Assembly: GCA_030590505.1 (NCBI GenBank)
Contig: JAUUYH010000002.1
Coordinates: forward strand, 1 to 36,788
DNA length: 36,788 nt
Source: Kiritimatiellota bacterium
GTDB taxonomy: Bacteria; Verrucomicrobiota; Lentisphaeria; Victivallales; JAADHT01
Direction of reading: 5' to 3'
Shown here piece after piece: positions 10,156-20,094 of the stretch (positions are counted from its first letter, which is position 1; each line of letters opens with the position of its first letter). The notes under the pieces are model-generated. The model saw only the letters and a program-made list of their open reading frames with translations. It searched no databases and was not told the DNA's origin. The position numbers and the translations under genes are program-made.

Positions 10156-11397
10156 ATGTTAAAAAAAATGATGTTAATTTTTGCAGTGATTTGTTCGATG
10201 AGCTTGAGCCTTAACGCTCAGGAAGTAACAGAAAAGCTAGAAAGCGCTCTTAACGATCCTCAGGATTTGACCGAGCAGGCAAAAAATGCTGAAGGTGAAG
10301 CAATTGCTGATGCTGAAGTTGATACAGAAAAAGTAAGTAACGAGAATAGCTCTTCATGGTTCGGATGGCTTTGGCCTTTCGGTGGTGACGATGAGGATGA
10401 AGTTATCGTGGCAGATGACAAGACTGAACCGATTGTAGAAGAGCTTGAAATTGAAGAGATCAATACTGAAAAAGCTTCAAAAGAGAAAGAGGAGAAAGCA
10501 GAACTGAAAGGTGATGCTGCAAATGAAATAAATAGTAAAGTATCTGAAGAAATTGCTGAGGATGAAGCAATTGCTGATGCTGAAGTTGATACAGAAAAAG
10601 TGAGTAACGAGAATACCTCTTCATGGTTCGGATGGCTTTGGCCTTTCGGTGGTGACGATGAGGATGAAGTTGTCGTGGAAGGTGACATAACAGAACCGAC
10701 TGTAGAAAAGCTTGAAACTGAAGAGATCGTTGAAACGATCTCAGAAACACCTACAACTGAAACAATAACTGAAGAGCTTGCTGAAGCTGAAGAAACAGAT
10801 GAGCCAGAAATGGTGTCTGAAATACCTGAGGCAGAAGGTAAAATCAATGTAACCAATAAACTTATCTACTACTTCCCGAATCTTTTCCTTAACTTAATGG
10901 ACTCTTTTACTGCTAATATTGGGCTCGGTGCAAAATCAACATTCGCATTATCAATGACAAGATATGCACAATTTGGTGGAAGCTATGGTGATGAAGTTTT
11001 CCTAGAAAAGGGAATTTATCGCAGATATGGTGGCGGTTACAATAATGGACACTCTCTAAAACTCGGACCATTGTTAGGAGAAAAACGTTATATCGATAAT
11101 GTTATAGGAGATATGACACCTCGCATAATCAAAAAACCTGAGCTTCAAATGCAGCGCCCGACTAATGCAATATACAAAGACAAATATCGTAATTTTTGGA
11201 CTGTAGGTATTGATATCGGATGGTTGATTAATATTGGCTTACACCTAGAACCTATTGAATTCGCGGATTTCATTACTGGTATATTTTTCTATGACCTTTG
11301 TGATGATGACTTAGGTAGATCTGTGGAAGGCGACGCAACAGAAGAAGATATTGATGAAAATGTTGAAGAGCTGGAAACAATAGAAGGAGATCTGTAG
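10156..11397 (+). CDS. Secreted acidic hypothetical protein with an internal duplication and a non-repetitive C-terminal domain
   Basis: Signal peptide MLKKMMLIFAVICSMSLSLNA, GGGG/AAGG RBS, Glu-rich N-half with two SSWFGWLWPFGGDDEDEV motifs, C-terminal domain ending EFADFITGIFFYDLCDDD. Confidence 0.8.
   Translation: MLKKMMLIFAVICSMSLSLNAQEVTEKLESALNDPQDLTEQAKNAEGEAIADAEVDTEKVSNENSSSWFGWLWPFGGDDEDEVIVADDKTEPIVEELEIEEINTEKASKEKEEKAELKGDAANEINSKVSEEIAEDEAIADAEVDTEKVSNENTSSWFGWLWPFGGDDEDEVVVEGDITEPTVEKLETEEIVETISETPTTETITEELAEAEETDEPEMVSEIPEAEGKINVTNKLIYYFPNLFLNLMDSFTANIGLGAKSTFALSMTRYAQFGGSYGDEVFLEKGIYRRYGGGYNNGHSLKLGPLLGEKRYIDNVIGDMTPRIIKKPELQMQRPTNAIYKDKYRNFWTVGIDIGWLINIGLHLEPIEFADFITGIFFYDLCDDDLGRSVEGDATEEDIDENVEELETIEGDL
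10288..10728 (+). repeat. Intragenic direct repeat, two ~174-bp copies (10288-10461 and 10555-10728), period 267 bp
   Basis: Near-identical tgaagcaattgctgatgctgaagttgatacagaaaaagt...tcatggttcggatggctttggcctttcggtggtgacgatgaggatgaagtt at an in-frame offset of 267 nt. Confidence 0.92.
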
Positions 11398-11474
11398 GAA
11401 TAACAGAAGAGACTGAAACAGTTGAAGTTAACGATGTTAATGCTCCTTAAATACAACAGGAGTCGTGAATAATG

Positions 11475-11505
11475 AAAAAGCGTACTCAGTGAGTACGCTT
11501 TTTTT
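11475..11505 (+). terminator. Intrinsic terminator, probably bidirectional
   Basis: AAAAAGCGTACTC-AGT-GAGTACGCTTTTTTT: perfect stem with A and T tracts. Confidence 0.85.
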
Positions 11506-11544
11506 ATAGAATAATTAAGAAATTAGAGGAAAAAGGAAAGTATT

Positions 11545-12963
11545 ATGTGTAGCAAAATTAAAAAAGAACTAAGTACATTTGAGCAGGAGCATATCCTTGA
11601 TTTTATAACTGAACTGAATCAAGACCAGCGTGAACAGCTACTTTCACAAATCGAACAAATCAATTTTGAAGAACTTGATGAGCTTATTAAAAAATATGTA
11701 ATAAATAAGCCTGAAATAAAAATCCCTGAGAATATTTCACCTTCTCCTTACTTTTCTGAAATACCCGAAAACGATGATCAAAAAAAACTTTATGACGATG
11801 CCAACAAAAAAGGAAAAGAACTGCTTGCAAAGGGAAAAATTGCCGCATTAACAGTGGCCGGTGGACAAGGAAGTCGCCTAGGCTTTGACGGCCCTAAAGG
11901 CAGCTACCCCGTAACACCGGTTGAGAACAAAACCCTATTTCAATATTTTTCAGAATCTTTACTCAGGGCAGGAAATAAATTCGGGGCTCCTGTCAAATGG
12001 TATATCATGACCAGCACAGTAAATGACAAAGATACCCGTGATTTTTTCAAAGAGAATAAATATTTCGGACTGGAGGAGTCACAGCTCTTCTTCTTCACAC
12101 AGGGCACAATGCCAGCAATCGGACTTGATGGAAAACTGCTACTTAGCGAAAAAGATTCTCTCGCATTAGCTCCAAATGGTCATGGTGGCACCCTTCTTGC
12201 CCTCTATAACTCAGGAGCTCTTGAAGATATGAGAGATAATGGCATAGAACATATCTCATATTTTCAAGTCGATAACCCGCTAGTCTCGGTTGTAAACCCT
12301 TTTTTGATAGGCCTGCACGCTCTACAGCAATCTGAAATAAGTGCAAGGGCCTTAATAAAAACTGGACCTTTTGAAAAACTCGGGAATTTCTGTATAGTTG
12401 ACAATCGACTAGAAATAATTGAATATAGCGATATGCCCGATGACCTCGCACAGGAGAGAGAAGATGATGGAAAACTCCGGTTCCGTGCGGGAAGCCCTGC
12501 AATACACGTTATTTCAAGAAAATTTGTAGAACGCCTGACAACAGGTGGCAGACTTCAACTCCCTTGGCATCGTGCTGATAAAAAAATCCCCTATATAAAT
12601 CAGAACGGTGAAAAAATCAATCCCGAAGAGTCGAATGGCGTCAAGCTGGAAACATTTATCTTTGATGCAATTCCGATGGCAGAAAAGACCATGATTCTTG
12701 AAGCACAACGAGAGAACGAGTTTGCACCAGTAAAGAATCAGACTGGTGTTGATTCCGCAGAAAGTTGCAGAGCTATGCTAATTGCGAGAGATGCAAAATG
12801 GCTGGAAGCTGCTGGCATAACTGTACCGAAAAAGGCCGACGGATCACCCGATTGCATTATCGAACTCTCTCCTGCAAAATTCTTCGACCTTGAGGATGTA
12901 AAAGAGTATTTTAAAGAGAAAAGCTCTGTTATTGAGCCTAAAGCCATTATATATTATGAATAA
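11545..12963 (+). CDS. UDPGP-family (eukaryote-type UAP-like) UDP-N-acetylglucosamine/UDP-sugar pyrophosphorylase
   Basis: VAGGQGSRLGFDGPKG, WYIMTS, APNGHGG, QVDNPL, IEYSD, KLETFIFD, EFAPVKN motifs. Confidence 0.92.
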   Translation: MCSKIKKELSTFEQEHILDFITELNQDQREQLLSQIEQINFEELDELIKKYVINKPEIKIPENISPSPYFSEIPENDDQKKLYDDANKKGKELLAKGKIAALTVAGGQGSRLGFDGPKGSYPVTPVENKTLFQYFSESLLRAGNKFGAPVKWYIMTSTVNDKDTRDFFKENKYFGLEESQLFFFTQGTMPAIGLDGKLLLSEKDSLALAPNGHGGTLLALYNSGALEDMRDNGIEHISYFQVDNPLVSVVNPFLIGLHALQQSEISARALIKTGPFEKLGNFCIVDNRLEIIEYSDMPDDLAQEREDDGKLRFRAGSPAIHVISRKFVERLTTGGRLQLPWHRADKKIPYINQNGEKINPEESNGVKLETFIFDAIPMAEKTMILEAQRENEFAPVKNQTGVDSAESCRAMLIARDAKWLEAAGITVPKKADGSPDCIIELSPAKFFDLEDVKEYFKEKSSVIEPKAIIYYE

Positions 12964-13294
12964 AATTCTAAAAATAAATATTAGCGATATAATCATTGAC
13001 CCAGCCCGTGAATCTGAAATGATTACCAATGCTTGCATACGCTCAATTCACATGAGGCCGACTGGAGTCTGCCAATTCGGAGATGCCATTCTAATTGTTA
13101 TGGAAAAGTGTAATTCAGAAAATTATGATTCTAAACAGAATTATATATATACTTTAGCCCCCTTGAACTCTGCAAATCTTGATGAGGTTATAGCAGAAAT
13201 AAGCTCGAGATACTTCGCAGGCTTCTCGATTCTTGGCGGATTTGACGTCAAAAATGAGAAATGGGCCCTGTTTGAAAAAAAGGACCTTCACTAA
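12956..13294 (+). CDS. Hypothetical protein (~112 aa)
   Basis: ATG at 12956 overlaps the upstream stop (likely translational coupling); plausible protein sequence MNKILKINISDIIIDPARE... Confidence 0.7.
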   Translation: MNKILKINISDIIIDPARESEMITNACIRSIHMRPTGVCQFGDAILIVMEKCNSENYDSKQNYIYTLAPLNSANLDEVIAEISSRYFAGFSILGGFDVKNEKWALFEKKDLH

Positions 13295-13297
13295 AAT

Positions 13298-13385
13298 TAT
13301 ACCGCAAGCGGTAAAGATCTTACCTTGCTTTTGCTAGCTAATTAAGTTTAAAGAAAATGTTAAGATTTCATACGTGCAAAGTATA
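13298..13385 (+). mobile_element. 88-bp TATAC...GTATA miniature repeat (ERIC/RUP-like MITE candidate), copy 1
   Basis: 82/88 identical to the reverse complement of 20892-20979; terminal TATAC/GTATA; 5' hairpin TACCGC-AA-GCGGTA. Confidence 0.75.
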
Positions 13386-13450
13386 GTAGGCAACCGCTTT
13401 CTCTTCTTTTGAAAAAGAGAAGACATAGAGTTTATGCCTTCAAATTGGCA

Positions 13451-14566
13451 TTAACTCTCGTTATAGCTAAGAAAAAGGATAAAATCTCCGAGTGCAAGAA
13501 AATCACCAGCATGCATAAGCTTTTTCTTAACCTTCTCATCATTTACATAAGTTCCGTTTGTGCTGTTTAGATCTGCTGCTAAAACACTTTTCTCATAAAT
13601 AATCAGCTGAACATGCTGTTTTGACAAACTGGACTCTTCCATAGTATATGTAACATCCGTACCGCGACCAATACTTACAGCTTTGCCAGCTTGCGGAAGT
13701 TCAAGATTTACCGCAGATTCAGCACTCTCCCCAAGTACTTGTAAAAGCATAAAAGTCTTCTTTGCTGTAGCAGAAAAGTCCATAAAATCACCAGCCTGTG
13801 CAATAGTTGTTGATTCAGGAATCGAAAATCCCAACTCCCCGATGGAAAAGTGCGAACCTGCACATATGGGAGTAGGCTCTGTAATTACAGCACCCTGCAT
13901 CAATAGTGGGAATTTATCACTCAATGGTTCAATAAAAAGCTGATTGTTGTAGCTGTTAATCATTGCCAGAAAAGGCTCTTTCAATATCGGATCAAGATTA
14001 TCCTCTAACATAGATTCAGTGATTACAACATCACAGATAGCCTCTGCCCCGATCAAACATGGCTCTTTAGAATTAAATGGGGTCTGAAGTTTTCCATTCT
14101 TTAATTCAAATTTGTGTTGAGGGTTAATCTTCTGAGACATTTTGAATTCATTATTACCATTCACAAGAACTAAATGAGTATCACCTATCTTTAAGGTGCA
14201 GTAACCATTATGCTCAAACACAAACTGATAATTGGGAATTCCATTGATCTGTAGCATATTAGCTCTGGCATATTCCATAACAAACCATGAACTGCCTAAC
14301 TTCTGCACGACAACCTGAACACGTTCCGACTCAGGTTCTGAAATACAGATCTCCGAATCATGCGCACTGTTTCCTATGCAATACCTCATTTTATTTGAAG
14401 AAAATTCCTTACTCTGCCACTCCTTGCCAACACGAGAATAACATACCATATTTGGCAATTTCTTAAGATCTTTAGAAGAAATCGTTGATCCATCTCTTCC
14501 TTTGGTCTTGTTCATGATAGCGTTAAGAGTTGTCTTTATGGTCGGAGAACTCTGTGTTTTATCCAT
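13451..14566 (-). CDS. FHA-domain protein with one canonical C-terminal FHA and two degenerate FHA-like segments
   Basis: C-terminal SIGRG...SKQH...DLNSTNGTYVN...GDFLALG. Upstream segments (YCIGN...LQING, CLIGAEAICDV) look like FHA folds lacking the pThr-binding residues. Confidence 0.8.
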   Translation of the reverse strand: MDKTQSSPTIKTTLNAIMNKTKGRDGSTISSKDLKKLPNMVCYSRVGKEWQSKEFSSNKMRYCIGNSAHDSEICISEPESERVQVVVQKLGSSWFVMEYARANMLQINGIPNYQFVFEHNGYCTLKIGDTHLVLVNGNNEFKMSQKINPQHKFELKNGKLQTPFNSKEPCLIGAEAICDVVITESMLEDNLDPILKEPFLAMINSYNNQLFIEPLSDKFPLLMQGAVITEPTPICAGSHFSIGELGFSIPESTTIAQAGDFMDFSATAKKTFMLLQVLGESAESAVNLELPQAGKAVSIGRGTDVTYTMEESSLSKQHVQLIIYEKSVLAADLNSTNGTYVNDEKVKKKLMHAGDFLALGDFILFLSYNES

Positions 14567-14816
14567 TTGATTACCCCCCCGTATTAATTGATATTATTGC
14601 ATAAAATATACACAAACTCATTCAGAAAATCTACCAAATGACGAATCATTGCTTACTTATATTACCATAATGTAGAAAAAATACAAGAAAATCTAAAAAA
14701 AGACTCAAAACTTTGCGAATTTCGCAAATTGCCATTATGATTGCCTGATCACAACCTATCATACTGTCGTCCTACTCGGGCAAATACAACATTGCGGGCT
14801 CATGCCTTTCTATGTT

Positions 14817-14979
14817 ACCTAGATTGTGAAACATAAGTGCTTGAGTTGCGCAAATGCTTTGTTTTCAGGTGTTTTAGCTTTTCTGTAAAACTCCTTTTAA
14901 GTGAACTAAATAAAAAGCCAAAGCATATGCGAACAAATGACTTATGAAAATTTGGTGTTTAGAACTGCACGATTTAGGT
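14817..14979. mobile_element. Degenerate ~163-bp IS-end/MITE remnant with imperfect terminal inverted repeats
   Basis: Left end ACCTAGATTGTG versus right end CACGATTTAGGT. The right 43 bp match 34580-34622 at 35/43. Confidence 0.5.
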
Positions 14980-14980
14980 G

Positions 14981-16777
14981 TTATTTAGAATGCTCAGTTT
15001 GATACTCTTTGATTGCTTCACAAAAGAACTTTCCATACTGCGCCATCTTTACCTGACCAACACCTGAGATCTGCAACATTGCACCCCGTGATGTCGGATA
15101 CTCCCTTGCCATTTCATGCAATGTTTTATCTGAAAAAACAAGATACGGTGGGATATCACGTCTCTTAGCAATAACAGTCCTCACCTGACGCAGGCACTCA
15201 AAAAGAGCTTTATTGTAATCTTTTGTGCGACTTATTTTTGATATCCCCGCCTGTTTTTCAACCTTAACGGGTTCAATAATTGAAAATTTCTCAGAACCAA
15301 ATAAAATATTACGTCCACGATCAGTAAGTTTGATCTGATTATGCTCATCACTCATCTGCATAATTGCGTCTTTCGCAAAAAGTGCATCAATAAGAAAAGT
15401 CCACTCCTTGTTTGATATTTCACTGCCGACCCCGTATGTCTTTATTTCCGTGTGATTAAACATCCTTATCTTTTGTGTGTTCGCGCCACGAATAATGTCA
15501 ATAATATGGTTCCTGCCAAACATCTCTTCTGTCCTCAATACTGCTGACATAAAGATCTGAGCTTCTCGTGTTGCATCGCGTGTTGAAAATTTCCCACTAC
15601 AAACATCACACGAACCACAATTTGTACCTGGGAACTCCTCTCCAAAATATTTCAACATAGCTTTTCGACGACAAATATGGTTATTCGCAAAAGATGACAT
15701 AGATGCGAGTTTCGCACTATTTCGCTTTTTCTCCTTTTCATCCTCCACCTGCCCAATAAAAAACTTTATTGTAGCCTCATCGCCGTAGGAGTGAAGTAAC
15801 AGACAGTGCGCTGGCTCACCATCCCGCCCAGAGCGGCCCGTCTCCTGATAGTAACTTTCGATATTTTTCGGAAGATCACCGTGAACAACAAAGCGTACAT
15901 TCGATTTATCAATTCCCATCCCAAATGCGATTGTCGCAACAATTACTTGAATATCATCTTTATTGAATGCATCCTGATTTTTCTTGCGAATTTCGCTATC
16001 GAGCCCAGCATGATAGGGCAGAGCATTAATTTTATTCTTCTTTAAGTAGGCAGCTGTCTTTTCAACGGATTTTCTAGTTGTACGATATACAATACCTGCC
16101 TCATCTTTATGCTGCTCAATAAAATCGAGGATTTCTGAATTAACATCTATTTTTCGCTGTACCTGGTAAAAAATATTTGGTCGATTAAATGATGCAAGTA
16201 TGTTAAACGGAGATACTAAATTCAGTTTCATCAGAATATCATCCTGAACATGCGGCGTAGCTGATGCGGTAAATGCGGCAAGCGGTGTATCTGGAAAATT
16301 CTCCTTCAATTTAGATAAAACCATATAGTCTGGTCGAAAATCATGCCCCCACTCTGAGATACAATGAGCCTCATCTATTGCAAAAAATGCGATATTCGCA
16401 CGTTGCTGAAGATCCCTAAAAAAGTAGTCTAAGGACAATCGCTCTGGAGCAAGATAGAGTAGATCTAAAGAGTTATTCCCTATTGCTACATCAACTTCTC
16501 GTTTTTCAGATATAGTAAGGGAACTGTTGTAGTAGGCCGCACGTATACCGTTGGCTCTGGCACCATCAACCTGATCTTTCATCAACGCAATTAGCGGACT
16601 GATAACCACACACATACCCGAGCTTAAAACCGCAGGAAGTTGATAACAGAGAGATTTCCCACCACCGGTTGGCATTACGGCAAACACGTCACGCTTATTT
16701 AGCAGTGCTGCGATTATCTCTTCCTGATTCTCACGAAAAGAGTCAAATCCAAAAACATTCTTTAAATGAGTTTTCAT
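14981..16777 (-). CDS. recQ: ATP-dependent DNA helicase RecQ
   Basis: MPTGGGKSLCYQLP, IDEAHCISEWGHDF, VATIAFGMGIDK, YYQETGRSGRDG, Zn-binding CRR...CGSCDVC, RQC and HRDC (PPYLVFSDKTL). Confidence 0.97.
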   Translation of the reverse strand: MKTHLKNVFGFDSFRENQEEIIAALLNKRDVFAVMPTGGGKSLCYQLPAVLSSGMCVVISPLIALMKDQVDGARANGIRAAYYNSSLTISEKREVDVAIGNNSLDLLYLAPERLSLDYFFRDLQQRANIAFFAIDEAHCISEWGHDFRPDYMVLSKLKENFPDTPLAAFTASATPHVQDDILMKLNLVSPFNILASFNRPNIFYQVQRKIDVNSEILDFIEQHKDEAGIVYRTTRKSVEKTAAYLKKNKINALPYHAGLDSEIRKKNQDAFNKDDIQVIVATIAFGMGIDKSNVRFVVHGDLPKNIESYYQETGRSGRDGEPAHCLLLHSYGDEATIKFFIGQVEDEKEKKRNSAKLASMSSFANNHICRRKAMLKYFGEEFPGTNCGSCDVCSGKFSTRDATREAQIFMSAVLRTEEMFGRNHIIDIIRGANTQKIRMFNHTEIKTYGVGSEISNKEWTFLIDALFAKDAIMQMSDEHNQIKLTDRGRNILFGSEKFSIIEPVKVEKQAGISKISRTKDYNKALFECLRQVRTVIAKRRDIPPYLVFSDKTLHEMAREYPTSRGAMLQISGVGQVKMAQYGKFFCEAIKEYQTEHSK

Positions 16778-16817
16778 AAAATATTATTAATTCCCCAAAG
16801 TGGATATTTAATTTAGT

Positions 16818-17645
16818 TTAATCCACCAGTCCCGATAGATATTTGATCCACTCACCTATTCCATCTCCTGTTTGTGCACTGAGTTCAAATATAAATACCC
16901 CTGGCTTGATGTCGCGGAGATATTTTCTACATCTCTGCATATTCCAATCCAGATGCGGAACAAGATCAGTCTTTGTTAGCAATACAATCTGAGAATCAGA
17001 GAAGAGAACAGGATATTTTACAGGCTTATCTTCCCCTTCCGTTACAGAGAGCAGGGCAATCTTAAAATTCTCGCCAAGATCAAATGCTGCAGGGCATACC
17101 AGATTTCCAACATTTTCAATAAAAAGCAACTCTGTATCTTTTTCGATCACCTTAGGTAGAGCCTCTCCAACCTGAGTCGCATTCAGATGACAGGCACTTT
17201 GTGTCTCAATCTGAATAACATTCGCACCTTTTCCCTTAAGCCGCTTTGCATCGTTATCTGTCTGCTGGTCACCTACAATTACCGCACATTTAATTTTGCC
17301 ATCAAGCTGCTCAAGCGTCTTTTCCAGCAACATTGTCTTGCCAGATCCAGGCGAAGAGATAAGATTCACTGCTACAATCCCACGCTCGGCGAGATAAGAT
17401 CTATTTCTCATCGCAACTTCATCATTTTTAGCCAGTACATTCTGCTGAATTTGAACTCTCCGGCTTACTCCATCGTGCTCAGTGCGAGCATGAGTATGCG
17501 TCGTGCCATCAGAATGCGTATGCTCATGAGGATGCTTATGGGGAAGGCTAGCATCGTCATGCGAATGGGTCGTGCCATCTGCATGCGTATGGCTGTGGAA
17601 ATATTTTTTTTCATTTCCTTCTGTACATCCACAATCCTCACACAT
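16818..17645 (-). CDS. hypB: Nickel incorporation GTPase HypB
   Basis: MCEDCGC N-terminus, His-rich linker, SSPGSGKT, ACHL, IENVGNLVCPA, EGEDKP, TKTD. ATG at 17645 follows an AGGAG RBS. Confidence 0.95.
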   Translation of the reverse strand: MCEDCGCTEGNEKKYFHSHTHADGTTHSHDDASLPHKHPHEHTHSDGTTHTHARTEHDGVSRRVQIQQNVLAKNDEVAMRNRSYLAERGIVAVNLISSPGSGKTMLLEKTLEQLDGKIKCAVIVGDQQTDNDAKRLKGKGANVIQIETQSACHLNATQVGEALPKVIEKDTELLFIENVGNLVCPAAFDLGENFKIALLSVTEGEDKPVKYPVLFSDSQIVLLTKTDLVPHLDWNMQRCRKYLRDIKPGVFIFELSAQTGDGIGEWIKYLSGLVD

Positions 17646-17780
17646 AATCAAATCTCCTTATTTTTCTATTTGCTACTGAACATGCCTGTTTTCTACATCT
17701 GTAATCTGCGAATTTCGCAGATTTTTTTAGGGAGGCAACTACAACGCTAAATTTTGTGCGAAATACGCAAGCGACCAACG

Positions 17781-18128
17781 TTAAACTGATTCAACCTCCA
17801 TCTCTTTTATAACAAACTCCCGGCCTGCAATAATTGCAATATTATCTGAATGGCAATGCGTGCAGACAATTATCGGCACCTCCGGGTATGACTCCTTATC
17901 ACAATCATCACATTTCACCTGGAGTTTAACTCTTTCATAGATAAATTTACTCTTTTCAAGCAGTGTACCTTCCGAAACAAACGGAAGTGCAAAATCGAGA
18001 GCATCTTTATCAACTCCTGACAGATCACCAATCAGCAGAGTAACAGATGTAATTACAGAGATATTATCCTCTACCGAAATCTCAACTATTTTACCTACCA
18101 GTGATTCTGCTAAAGCCAATTCATGCAT
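17781..18128 (-). CDS. hypA: Nickel metallochaperone HypA
   Basis: MHE N-terminus, GDLSGV, CDDC...CTHC, GRE. Confidence 0.95.
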   Translation of the reverse strand: MHELALAESLVGKIVEISVEDNISVITSVTLLIGDLSGVDKDALDFALPFVSEGTLLEKSKFIYERVKLQVKCDDCDKESYPEVPIIVCTHCHSDNIAIIAGREFVIKEMEVESV

Positions 18129-18206
18129 AATTGTATCAACATTTATTTATAATTTGAATCCCACCATTTATTCTGACACACAAGTGCATTCTAAAAAGAC
18201 GTAAAA

Positions 18207-19925
18207 TTAGATCTGCGGCATAGGAAAATCCTGCATCATAACCTTAACTTCTTTTGCAATAGCCTTCAAGGCTGCATCATCAGACTGAACCGAGATGGCA
18301 CGATTGATAAAGTCCGCAATCTTAACCATCTCCTTTGTCTTCATTCCACGTGTTGTTACCGACGGCGTTCCTATGCGAATACCGCTGGTCACAAATGGTG
18401 ATTCAGGATCAAATGGAATCATATTTTTATTTACAGTTATTGCCGCTTTATCCAGAGCTAATGCCAGAATTTTCCCTGTTACATGCTTCGGCCTTAGATC
18501 AACAAGCATAAGATGGTTGTCTGTTCCACCGGAAACAATACGGAATCCAAGTTGTCCCAAAGTATCTGCGAGTTTCGCAGCATTTTTTATTACCTGCGAC
18601 TGATATGTCTTAAACTCTTTTGACATCGCTTCATGAAAACAGATCGCCTTTGCTGCAATTGTATGCATCATAGGTCCCCCCTGGAGTCCAGGGAAAAGTT
18701 TTGAATTAATCGGCTTTAAGAACTCCTCTTTGCAAAGTATCAGGCCTGAACGCGGACCACGCAGCGTCTTGTGTGTTGTCGTTGTAACAATATCTGCATA
18801 AGGAACCGGGCTCGGATGCACTCCTGCGGCAACCAGTCCTGCGATATGTGCCATATCAACCATAAATTTTGCACCTACACTGTCTGCAATCTCTTTGAGT
18901 TTCGGAAAATCAATAGTTCTCGGATATGCACTTGCACCGGCAACAAGAAGTTTCGGTTTATGCTGTTCTGCGAGTTTCGCAATTTCATCATAATCCATCA
19001 TTTCACTCTTTTTATCAACTCCGTACGGTATGATATTATAAAGCATGCCACTAAAATTCATCGGATGCCCGTGAGTAAGATGCCCGCCATGATCAAGTGA
19101 CATAGCTAAAATTGTATCACCTGGCTTGATAACTGCGAAATACGCAGCCATATTTGCCTGACTGCCAGAGTGGGCCTGTACATTTGCCGCTTCAGCTCCA
19201 AAGAGCTTACACGCACGCTTTATTGCAATACGCTCAACATCATCCACCACGTCACAACCATTATAGTAGCGTTTCCCTGGATAACCTTCTGCGTATTTAT
19301 TTGTAAGCACCGTCCCCTGAGCCTGCCTTACGGCTGCACTTGCAAAATTTTCCGACGCAATCAATTCAATTCCATCCGTCTGACGCGTTACTTCATCATC
19401 AAGCAACTCTGCAATTTGTGGATCTACCTTTCTTACCGATGGAATATCATCATGGCTCTGAGTCTCAATTTTGTTAAGTCTGCGTATATGCCTTTTCTCC
19501 TGCGTAAAAGGAGTATTAAGCCAGGCATCGACAACCTTAATTGCGTTATTTATTGAAAGTTTATCTCCTGGCAGTATAAGTACATTCGAACAATTATGCT
19601 CTCTGCTGGATATTGCAGTAACTTCATCAGACGCAATTGCCGCACGTACGTTATGATAACGATTTGCAACAATGCTCATTCCGACTCCCGAGCGACAGAT
19701 TAAGATTCCACATGTAGCATCTCCTTTGATAATCATCCTGCCTACAGCTGCACCGAAATCAGGGTAATCATCCTCGGTATTAATTTCGTGAGCCCCCACA
19801 TCAATGGTATTTACTCCACGTTCTACAAGCATCTCAATCAACTGTTTCTTCATCTCGAATCCACAATGATCCGTACCCAATGCAATCTGTAGTTTTCCCC
19901 CCTGCCAATCCAGAATCTTTTTCAT
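18207..19925 (-). CDS. rpiB-glyA: Fused ribose-5-phosphate isomerase B and serine hydroxymethyltransferase
   Basis: N-part: [29 protein letters not shown] (RpiB). C-part: [36 protein letters not shown] (SHMT). One continuous ORF. Confidence 0.95.
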   Translation of the reverse strand: MKKILDWQGGKLQIALGTDHCGFEMKKQLIEMLVERGVNTIDVGAHEINTEDDYPDFGAAVGRMIIKGDATCGILICRSGVGMSIVANRYHNVRAAIASDEVTAISSREHNCSNVLILPGDKLSINNAIKVVDAWLNTPFTQEKRHIRRLNKIETQSHDDIPSVRKVDPQIAELLDDEVTRQTDGIELIASENFASAAVRQAQGTVLTNKYAEGYPGKRYYNGCDVVDDVERIAIKRACKLFGAEAANVQAHSGSQANMAAYFAVIKPGDTILAMSLDHGGHLTHGHPMNFSGMLYNIIPYGVDKKSEMMDYDEIAKLAEQHKPKLLVAGASAYPRTIDFPKLKEIADSVGAKFMVDMAHIAGLVAAGVHPSPVPYADIVTTTTHKTLRGPRSGLILCKEEFLKPINSKLFPGLQGGPMMHTIAAKAICFHEAMSKEFKTYQSQVIKNAAKLADTLGQLGFRIVSGGTDNHLMLVDLRPKHVTGKILALALDKAAITVNKNMIPFDPESPFVTSGIRIGTPSVTTRGMKTKEMVKIADFINRAISVQSDDAALKAIAKEVKVMMQDFPMPQI

Positions 19926-20094
19926 TATCTATTTCCTTATGTTCCGTTATAAAAGTTAAATTCCACTAAGTGGATTAATTCTCCATTCCGTCCTTTTGAG
20001 ACGTTTCAATATAAAAATTATTTTTCTAGGCTTTTGGTAAAAGCTTAGAGACCTTGTAGACTCTACCACGAGGTCGTTCATTTACTCTTTATGT

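Noticed and set aside
10260-10856. 198-aa Ser-rich minus-strand ORF
   Set aside because: Antisense shadow of the Glu/Asp-rich codons of the real plus-strand gene.
17187-17750. 187-aa ORF with Met/Arg repeats
   Set aside because: Reverse-strand reading of the HypB His-rich linker.
16789-19975. Similar 17-mers AATTCC-NNN-AAGTGGAT upstream of recQ (16789) and rpiB-glyA (19959)
   Set aside because: Only two AT-rich copies, and one overlaps the probable recQ RBS; not distinguishable from chance.
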